A stretch of 64,000 nucleotides of DNA from Takakia lepidozioides (taxonomy: Eukaryota > Plantae > Bryophyta), in the NCBI GenBank assembly GCA_030704615.1, contig CM060733.1, positions 45,012,001 through 45,076,000 on the forward strand. The letters are read 5' to 3'. The position numbers and the translations under genes were made by a program. Under the pieces are notes generated by a model. The model searched no databases, was not told the origin of the DNA, and saw nothing but the letters and a program-made list of their open reading frames with translations. This document shows, piece after piece, positions 54,187 to 64,000 of the stretch (positions within the stretch are counted from its first letter, which is position 1; the number at the start of each line of letters is the position of its first letter).

Positions 54187-56245
54187 TCATGCAGGAGAAT
54201 TCATGTGGTGCCCCACCTGCTCTTCTCTAGCTAGCAAATCATCTTCTAGGAACATTGCAACTCCTTTGATTACAAGTGTGAATGCTGTTCCCGATTCACA
54301 AATTGCTGATCCACAAAGAGAAGACATAAAACGAGACTGTTGTAGCATGGTAAAGTCAGAACCATTTCCTTTGAAATTTTGCAAGGCCTAGAATAAGTGC
54401 AGCACAGAACAGGACAGTCAACATAGAGATGCTCAGTGGAAAAACATCCACCATTGCCTTGGCGTAGACACTAACCAAATCTAATTAAGCACAAGGCGTT
54501 GGATGGCAGCACTCGGGCACTCAAGGGTTTTAATTTTTTCCCCTCTAATAATCTTCAATAAAGTTTCCAGGGCACTGTCCACACAATCCAAACTGCCAAA
54601 ATGTAGGCCACAAAGGGAGTGATTCTTTCAGGTCCTGAATGTGTTTGCAAGACGCTGGAAATAGATCAAGTTCTAGCTGAAAGTCTGAAACAATCTCCTC
54701 TTTGCTTTCTCTTGCACATGATAAACTGTCAAGATGCACACATACATGTAAATAAGAGGAGGGTTTATGCTGGGATGTGATCGTCAACCAGCCAGGGTTT
54801 GCTTGTAAAGCACAACAGAAGCCTTCCACAAAACTCATAACTATTTTGCCAGTAAATAGGTCTATTCAAGGGGGGATGTATTACATTAACTCAATAACCA
54901 TCCTACAAAAACCACCCAGACAACTGCTCATCCAGATGCTCAGCAGAACAAAAAAGCCTTCCACCCTCCTTCAGCACAACACAGCACAATCCAATCAGCA
55001 GAGTAAGAAACCTGTCAAACACCCCAGAAAAACATGATGCAGCTTGCAATCGTTCATCCAGACACTCGCCGTGGTTAGACATTTGCATGTTGCATGTTGT
55101 TGGAGGAGCAGCCGGTCAGTTTAAAACACCACATCCATCACTGATGGGTGAACTATGATAAGCTGAACTGCCATGACAAGTTGACAACCACTCAAAGCAA
55201 AGCCAAAAAGCCTCCTATTGAGCAGACCAAGAAAGCTTGTCGAACACCCCAAACACCCCAGACAACGACGAGGCTTGCAATGCATATCAAGTCACGTGCC
55301 ACTGTCCAGACAACCCGTGGTGCCGAGATTCTAGAAACCCGGCTACCACACCCTCCCTCTGGTAGACGATTGACAATCAGCCCCCACAGTACACTAGCCC
55401 TGGCTTTCTCAAGCCATACATAGGTTGAGTAGTGTGCTGTGGTGCACCCTACTATTGGCTCAATTGGAGGGTCATTGATCCAAAACCCAATATGACACAG
55501 GAAGCAAGAGAAGTAGAGAGAATGTACTCATAATCCGTTGTTTGCCGTAGCCTTGTGGCCATTGACCCCACGCCCAGTTTGAGGGGAACACAAAGAAACA
55601 CAAATTACCTTTGTCGGGGGCTGACGCCGGTCGTATGAAACATGCAAACCTGGAAACATGCAAGTGATCCGAGTTTTCCAGATATCCTCTAGAAATCCCT
55701 TCACACAAACGTCAATCTGCTGCGTAGAGAAGTAGAGAGACAAAGACAGAGTGGTAACAGACAGCCGCAATCCTAGGAATTGGGTAGGTGAGCATCTGCT
55801 TCAAAAGACCATGAAAGCAGAACTCCAGGTTAGACGTGCTTGATGCCTACACAGAGTGCTTCTGGAGCTATGTATGAACCATTGACTTTCATTCAAAGAG
55901 AATTGAAGGCCTGTGTAGGCCGATAGCAAAAACTACCCATGGGTAATTCAGCTACCAAACTTGTTCCAGCTCTGCAAAGAAGCTGTAAGACAACCGTAAG
56001 GAATTCTTTTTTCTACCTAGTTCTCAGATGTCACTACCTTCATATGTGAAAAGCCTTTCCTCTCCATACTTCAGATTGAAACCAAACAGAACAGCTACCC
56101 ATCGCAGTGAAGCATTGAACCACATTTTGATGTCAGTTGTGATATACACTTTGGAACAGCAATTGATCAACAAATAGGACAGAGATATTAGCAGGATTGC
56201 AGGTCCAAATCTCCTTCAATCGGGCCTGCTCCATCTACACATCTC

Positions 56246-56344
56246 TCATTCCATTTCTTCAGCAACATCAACTTCACTGTTGCCGCCGCACACGCGATTA
56301 TGTTTCTTGGCATATCTCTGATTCCTCAAGAACTTAGGGTCCAT
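56246..56344 (-). pseudogene. RPL29: 60S ribosomal protein L29 last exon with upstream intron and 3' UTR
   Basis: GTGCAG|MDPKFLRNQRYAKKHNRVCGGNSEVDVAEEME*. Copy 1 keeps only the 3' half (~28613-28670). Confidence 0.88.
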
Positions 56345-57756
56345 CTGCACCACCACACCAACAACTTCAGGAGATTTTGAACACAGCATTTGCCAACATA
56401 TATAAGGACCAAATTTCATGCAAACTCTTATACGAGGCCCCAAACTCACTAACAGGGATTTCATGATCCATTCATAGAAACCCGATGATTACTTTCCTCT
56501 GACATTAATCCCAACAATGAACTCCACTTTACAGGAGCCATGGGTTAGGGTCGTTGCCCTGTGAAGGAGATGGGACAGTTGGTTACAAGTTCCTGGCCTG
56601 GGCGAGAGATTGAACAAAACCAGCATTGAGAATGATGTAAAAGAAAATATCAAACTGGTTTCGCAGTGTAAAGCGCCCTCGGGCGGGTTGTCAAATCCTG
56701 GTCGTGGAAACTCCTCGGGGGCAGGTGCTTTACACTACGCATAAAGCATAGACTCTCGTTGCAGAAGCTCCTACCATGCAAATATACTTGCTGATGTATG
56801 GTTGTCTCATATTTCAATAGCATCACACACTTGTGCATAAAGTGACTGAGACCATCAGTGACTTAGAAAGCTAGTGTGTTCTCATACGCTTAATTGGTGT
56901 GAAGTATTGACAGCAGGGGAGGCAAGAACATGAACATCTCCACAAGCGCAGCATAGTTCATGGAGAGGAACCGAGATGACTTTTAGGCCTCCAACTCCCT
57001 TCTTCAACATCAGAGAGAAATCAACAAGTTACCTGAGATATCTGGCACAGCCAGCGGACAAAAATGCATGGCTCAGAGCCGTGGAGAAGTGGGGATTTCA
57101 TCGTAGGGGTTGTTGCGTCACGAATTAATGTCTATCTTTTTCTACTCTACCGGATCGTTTGAGCCCTAGTCTCGTCGAGTAAACTTCCTAAGGTCAAGGC
57201 TATCAGTCACGTCGATTGTCTGTCTCCAGTGAAGAAGAGCTCGAAAAGCGCATTACCACTCAGACGGAATCGAGAGTTCAAGCTCACCTAAAGTAACTAC
57301 GACCTTGAAGTATCTACTTGACAAAGGATATCACACTGACTTTAAACCAAATTGCTTCTTGAAAGAAACGCAGCAGTAGGCTTTCAGAAAATCTTGGACG
57401 GTGAAAAAAATAGCACTAACAGTGTGCGTCGGAGTGAGAACACAAAATATGTCATAAAGCCAAAAGATTACAAGACCTCCAATACCTATTAGCTGATGCC
57501 TTAGATTCAAAAGAATTCTCTCTGAGCGCGTCAACACGTTACCTAAGATATCTGCCACAGCCTGCGCACAAAAATGCATGGCTCAGAGCCGGGGAGAAGT
57601 GGGGATTTCATCGTAGGGGTTGTTGCGGCCCGCCAGGCGGCTGAGGCGAAGGTCCATAAGAAACTTGTGGTTGTTTTTGTCGGTGTTCCATGAGCCGTAA
57701 GCTTTCACAGGCTGCGCCTAAGCCTGCTTCATCTTGTCACATTGTGCTTTGGTGGT

Positions 57757-59033
57757 CTGCAGATGCGTCCGCCACTTGGTATCTCTTTCCTCCGGATCCT
57801 CCATGGATCTTCTTATCCAGGCCTCCACAAACTCCGTTATGAATCCCATGTCGTCTCTCTGTGTCTCTCTAAGTACCTCTCTCCAATTTCTCCCCCTAGG
57901 GTTTGCTCTTGTGCTTTCTCCGGCACTTTCTTGGAGGTGGAAAAGGTTGGATTATATCCCGTTCACACATGCTACTTCACATGAAAAATGGACATCCACA
58001 TCCATGAAGCGGTCTTCACTGGAGAGAGCATTGATGGGATATGGCATTGCCCACTTGTTTACCTGCTAGATAGATTAGTGCTGTTTGGCCTGATTTTAAG
58101 AAGTAGCGCAGAGGACTATGCAACGGCAATGCCCCACACCATCAATGCACTCGCCAGTGAAGCTCTACTCTGCAGATGTTGCTCGTTGGGTGTCGCAGAG
58201 ACCCTCGAACACTGCCTGTTTCAATGCAGCATTCCTTCTAAGGTCTGGCCATTCCTTAACATGGTTCTTCTAACATGCCATGACCTCTCCCTGCTCAGTC
58301 CAATAAACTTGCTACGATCTACGACACAACAACCAAGCAAGCAGCCTCATCGTGCCCGGTGTTTGATACGATTAGGGCAGCTGGGCTCTGGCACATTTGG
58401 AAAGCCAGATGCAGTTGGACCGTAGGATCAAAATGTCTGCAGAAATCGCCAAACATCCATAGGCTGAGTGTCACCTCTACGGAGCCTTCATCGAGTCATG
58501 GGCTAAACAAGGAATCTTATGCACAAGTCCTTCTCCAACCACATGCAACTGGAGCTCAATTCCTCGGAGCTGGGGAAACTGCTACACACTTCTACCCTGA
58601 TTCTCAGACTTCGACAGGGATATTATCTGGAGGTTCACTTGTGTACTATCACTTGTGAACCTGAACTTCGACAAGCGATTGTCCGTGTGCCTCTGCCATC
58701 GCGCTCGCTTCATGCATGCACTAGGCTTTAATAGGCAGGCAGGTACGTTTTATGGTCCTTTGCTTTTCTAAGGGTATCTCAAGCTCTATCATTCATTCAC
58801 TTCTGCATCATTTGTAGAGTGGGGGTCCTTTGTACAATGGTCGACCATCCTCATCCCCATGGCCTCTGCGGTCTTCCGCCTTTCGCCAGTTAGGCATATC
58901 TCTCTTGCTTTCGTCTGGGCTCGTCCCTCGTCCAGCTGATGTGGTCATGCCTTATGGCATCAATGGGGTTTAATTTTTTCCCCTCTAATAAACTAAATGG
59001 CCAACGCCCTTCGGAAAAAAGAAAAGAAAAAAA
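57757..59033 (+). mobile_element. LINE family B 3' fragment (inverted twin of 38891-40168)
   Basis: ORF translations are identical to the twin except one V/I; A-rich tail at 59015-59033. Confidence 0.88.
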
Positions 59034-59455
59034 GAGACCACCGCAGAGTTTTCAATCCAAAGCTAGGTGACGGATCAATCAAGTGCATCAATCAAGTGCA
59101 TGTACATGGTTCCCTGTGTTTTCGAAACACCCTTTCGTACAGCTTGTGTGGGGAAATATCATGTACGGCATAGACGTCGCGCCTCCCTTTCCACTTGAAT
59201 CAACAAGGCGCCTTCTATTAGTTGGATTTTTTACGGTGTTGAATATGCACAGATGATCAGACCACACTCTCTCCTAGATCAATGCATGTTACCAATGCAG
59301 TATCACCCATGACATTGTACGTCATGGACAAATTATTGCACACTTAATAGCTGGTTCACAGACTAGGGCTTGATGGCCGCCTTTCAGCTCTGGCGTGAGG
59401 ACGTACTCTGCAGGTGGGTGGAGGGTTAGTCGAGTATCACAACATCCATGCGGCT

Positions 59456-62400
59456 TGTAAAGCCCCATATTTGCTTAGCCTAGAAATGACCCGTTTCATC
59501 CAAACGGCGATACAAATCCACAGTATAAACTTTTGGCGTATAAAGCCGTTAAACCGTTACAATGATATCTAGGTTAGGGTTAGTTTTGGGCTGGTGGCGA
59601 CATTTTGGCCCTTCATCAGATCTAGGGCTACAAGGCGGCGCCGTGGGCTTTGGCTTGTGACGCCTCGCCACGCGGCGGGCCACTAAAGCTAGGGCTTTTG
59701 TATAAAGACGGCGCCCTGACACAAGGTCAAGGCGGTGTACTCGGGTGTTAGTATATATGTAATTGTGGTGTACAAGCTTTGGATGAGAGCTGTTTTGTGT
59801 CATATCCGTGTGTTTGATCCTCCTCTCGCGAGTTGCTTGCTCTTTCTGCTTGCCCCTTTGTTGTGAAACATTGCTTCTTGAGAGGAAATGAGTATATGCT
59901 TCAGGCTTGTTTTATGGTGGAGACGTCGGGTACCATAGGCATTGGTGGATCTTGCCCGCGCTATCCGGGTCAGTTAGGTCTTTCTTACGGGATCTGCTCT
60001 ACATCCTGCTGCCTAAGTGGTTCGCTAATGCGTGTTATCAATGGCGGCTCCTCGCATTGCCGTATTTTCTCCTGCTGTTGTGATATCACCGTCTCACATT
60101 GTGCGTTGGGGTGTGGTTGCAAGGAATGGCTACTGTTCGTGACTTGTCTTGTGTAGCTCGTAGAGAAGGGGAGAGCTTGCTTCTTCAGATTAGTGTGGAA
60201 CTTGTTGTTGAAACAAATCATAGTGTGGAAACTAACCCTGCTGTCACTCTTTTTCTGCTAGTGTCGTTCCTGTTGCTCCTCTTCTTGTTGAAACCAACCC
60301 TGTCGTTTCTCACTCTGTCGACGTTCTGGTTGTTGCTAACATGACCAACGGCGCGCGGCCTGGCAATATTGCCTTGCCAGCGTCGCCTCTCCTTGAACCA
60401 ACTACTTGTGTTCCAACCCTTGTTGTTTCATTGGGTTCTCCTGGTGGTAGTGATTATGACAATTTAAATGAGGCAGAGGCGTGGTCGCCAAGGTTCGAGA
60501 AATTTGACAGCTCTAGATAGTTGTGATCCGGAATACTATAATTTTGACAACTTTGTTGATCCTGGACCCGAATATTTCGAGAGTAGGCAACAGACAGCAG
60601 AATTAGAGATTAATATCGAGTTGTCGCAGGAATTAGATGATCTGTTGTATGAGATATGTGACGAGGATCAGTTTTGGTTTGAGCGTATAGAAAGAGCTGT
60701 CGTGGGTGACCTTGCTGCATTAACCAATCATCACGAGGCCCTGTTCACGAGACCTTTGCTTGAGCCTAGTGCGGTGGTGTCCAGAGCCAGACAACTTGCT
60801 AAGAGAGAATTCGAGTTACGCAACGAAGAACGTTTGTTGTCCAGAACGATTCAGTCGCGTTTTCTGTACCATCGCGAATTGACTGGTTAGAAGTTGGTTT
60901 GATATTTACCTCTCTTTGGTGTTCGAAGTGCGGAGCTTCATCATGGCCCTGGCGTGGTAGGGCGAAGCTGGTTGTCATTAATGTTACAAGGCACATGAGC
61001 TTTGATCTTGAGGGCACTACGGTTTCAGCTCCGGCCCTGCGCCTTGGCGCCTATTTATTCACAATTGGTTGATGGTCTGAAGGGTGGGGCCTTGACTGTG
61101 CATTCGTAAGATTTAGTAGTCTTGGGTGTGGGTACTACCTCTACTTCACAGCGAGTGTTTTGCCCGAGTGCGTTTGAGAGATTGAGTGACTATTTGAGCT
61201 CGACTGTGCCTTCGCGCACATGGAGAGAGGGTGATACAACCTGCGTTGGTTTTTGGCTTAAGGGAGCTCACGGTTGGGAGCGGCTGGCATTGGGAGTCTA
61301 CGAGTTGCAGTCACACAAGGTGCTGAGGGTGGTATATTGTTCCACTTGGGTTCCAGAGGACAGCTCGCCGAGCGTTCGGCCCACTCTCCATATCCCTGTT
61401 ACTTAAAGTGTAGTCATGGATTATCAGCTACATGCTGCGCTACTCCAACGATGTCAATTAGGACGTTCACCAGCTGGCATTTCCGAGTCCTTGCATAAAC
61501 AAATCCTCTATCATATGTCTACTCACCGTTTCATGGGTGATAAGTTTTTCAAGGAGATCACTAGAGGGGGAGTGCCATGCTACTTGGAGGTGTCACCACA
61601 GAGCCAGCTGAATGCTTTATTGAAGCGTTTCCATTGTTCCTTGTAAACACGTCACCTTGATATCAAGAAAACTGTGGCCCGCATCCTATACTATTGGCTG
61701 GGAATTCACCGAGACGTCTCATCTCTAAGTGTGAAGGTTGTCGTGCTAACATTAATCTCCCTAGGGCCCGGATCTTGTATGAGCTGCAGCCTTTGCCTGT
61801 CACCCATGCTTTTGCTCGTGTTGGCATTGACTTGGTAGGACCCCTCGCACTCACGTCAAAGGGTCGAAGCTATCTTTGAGTTGCTACCGACTACTTGACT
61901 AAGTGGGTAGAAATCCGGTCTTTGCGTTCCAAGGCTAGTGATGTTGTAGCTCAGTTCTTCTTCAATGCGATCTTTATGCGACATGGGTGTCCTCCGGAGA
62001 TACTAACGGATCAGGGCAAGGAGTTTTGTAATCAGCTCCTCACGGTGATTTGCTTCAAACTTCGGTGTTAAGCATTCTACCACCGCCCCATACCATCCCT
62101 AGACCAATGACCTCACGGAATGCTTCAACCAAACTCTTTGCCGAATGTTAGAGAAGAATGGCACACTTACCAGGGAGTGAGATACCTTTCTTCCCCATAT
62201 TCTCTTTGCTTATCGCACCGCCGTGCATGCTAGCACCAAGAAGACTCTTTTTGAGTTGTTGTATGCTCGCAAGTGTGTTTCTCCTTTGCATTCTACCCCT
62301 CTTATCTCTACTGTTGCTGATCCGGTTGATCTTGAGACCTTTGTTGAGGATCTTCATTCTAAGCATGCGGTGTCTATCCATGATGCCAAAACGAACATTG

Positions 62401-63478
62401 GTAAGGCTCAGCTAACCCAAGGCCATAATTTTAACAAGCGTGTCAAGTATTCTAACATGTTTCAGGTGGGACAGACCGTGTGCATTCGATTACAGCATGG
62501 CAAGCATGCATGCAAATCTAAGCTCAAGATCGACGGTCCATACTAGATCTATCAGATTTTACGTGGGCGACGTGCTCTCCTTCTTCCACAAGGCTCTAAT
62601 ACTGAAGTGCGGGATGAACCTGTTTCCTGACTTGGTGCATTCCGAGCTAGTTTTTTATTTTACATGTATCAATGTGGAGGGGCGCACGGTGGGGTGATGT
62701 CTTGATCTTCTTAGCCGATCTACTTCAGCTTGATCTTCTTCTCTTCTCAGCGGCTTAGTCTTCGTTTGCGAATGGTGACTCTTGGGGTCCTAAGACTTGA
62801 CCTCTCTAGGACTTGAAAACATTTTAGTTTCATGGCATATCACCATCTGTACTCCCTGCACGGTTTTCCTAGCCAAGGGTTTTGTCCTCGGCCCAACTTG
62901 TAGGTGCCAAGTTTTTCCTTGGTAGGTTTTTTACCCAGCAGTGGAGGGTGATATTTCCCTATTATTTGTTTTCCTTCGCGGAGCTCAAGATTTTTCGTGG
63001 GGGGTAGGCTTCACAGATGTAAAGCCCCACATTTGCTTAGCCTAGAAATTACCCGTTTCATCCAAACGGCGATACACATCCATAGTATTAATTTTTGGCG
63101 TATAAAGCCATTAAACCGTTACAATGATATCTAGGTTAGGGTTAGTTTTGGGCTGGTGGCAACATCCTGGCCCTTCATCAGATCTAGGGCTACAAGGCGG
63201 CGCCGTGGGCTTTGGCTTGTGACGCCTAGCCACGCGGCGGGCCACTAAAGCTAGGGCTTTTGTATAAAGACGGTGCCCTGACACACAAGGTCAGGGCGGT
63301 GTACTCAGGTGTTAGTGTATATGTGATTTTGGTGTACAAGCTTTGGATGAGAGCTGCTTTGTGTCAGATCTGTGTGTTTGATCCTCCTCTCGCGCGTTGC
63401 CTGCTCTTTCCGCTCGCCCCTTTGTTGTGAAACCTTGCTTCTTGAGAGGAAAGGAGTATATGTTTCAAGCTTGTTTTA
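59456..63478 (+). mobile_element. Complete 4.0-kb integrase-only LTR element (LTRs 59456-59914 and 63018-63478)
   Basis: ~460-bp direct repeats TGTAAAGCCCC...CTTGTTTTA; PBS TGGTGGAGACGTCGGG (tRNA-Ala-like) at 59915; G-rich PPT at ~62997-63008; TSD CGGCT/AGGCT; degenerate integrase 61416-62640 with a GPY motif; no gag, protease, RT or RNase H recognisable. Confidence 0.9.
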
Positions 63479-64000
63479 AGGCTTCACAGGCTGTCGCGAC
63501 AAGGAAGTTGTGGATGGCCGACCAGGCAGATCTGCGCATTGCAGGTGAAGTATTGGCTTGCTAAACCAGGGTTCATTAAGCAGTGTTGAGGGATCTTGGT
63601 ATATTCAACCCTTATTCCTTAATGCGGCAGGTAGCCTGTGCCCAAGCTCAGAAAGAGGGCATATAAAGTGAAGACCTTCAAATGGGAAAGCAGGTGCACC
63701 TCCACTTTCTCCAAACAGGACTCCACGTGGGGTGAGAGGTACCGGTTTGGGGCTGGGAAAGTTGCACCAGGAAGGAGGGAAATATACTCCATCAGTTTCA
63801 TAAGCTCTGAGACTCGATAACTCAATAACAATCCTACAAAAACCACCCAGATAACTGCTCATCCAGATGCTCAGCGAAACTAAAAAGCCTTCCACCCACC
63901 CCTCCTCCACCACAACACAGCACAATCCAATCAGCAGAGTAACAAACCTGTCAAACACCCCAGAAAAACATGATGCAGCTTGCAATCGTTCATGTTTGTG

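Larger units (their letters stand above)
40169..57747 (+). repeat. Composite core, copy 2
   Basis: Colinear with 8778-29204. It has an internal re-duplication of the hAT-end/MITE block (41900-46500) and lacks 16447-20975 and 21896-24660. Confidence 0.93.

Overview
Eukaryotic, transposon-rich land-plant DNA, probably from a non-seed plant such as a moss. That placement is inferred from a PLS-type PPR fragment, a PAL fragment, a Gypsy integrase ending in a PHD finger and chromovirus remnants. There are no prokaryotic features, rRNA, tRNA or CRISPR arrays. A ~20-kb composite core occurs twice in direct orientation (8778-29204 and 40169-57747, roughly 93-95% identical by eye, with reciprocal deletions). 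Each copy is bracketed by its own long inverted arms: 7045-8690 / 31417-32783 and 34942-40168 / 57757-63085. The core holds a dead hAT transposase, degenerate ~120-bp repeats, MITEs (one piggyBac-like), an apparently intact two-exon S-protein-homologue-like secreted-protein gene, a Gypsy remnant, and a mosaic of captured host gene pieces (PPR, PAL, LRR-like, full-length GDP-mannose pyrophosphorylase, RPL29 last exon). A truncated SF1/BBP follows copy 1. Also present are a SEC14/SFH pseudogene, a GCM-domain transposase remnant, LINE 3' fragments sharing a terminal motif, and a 4-kb LTR element that encodes only an unknown ORF plus an integrase. All identities and alignments were made by eye.
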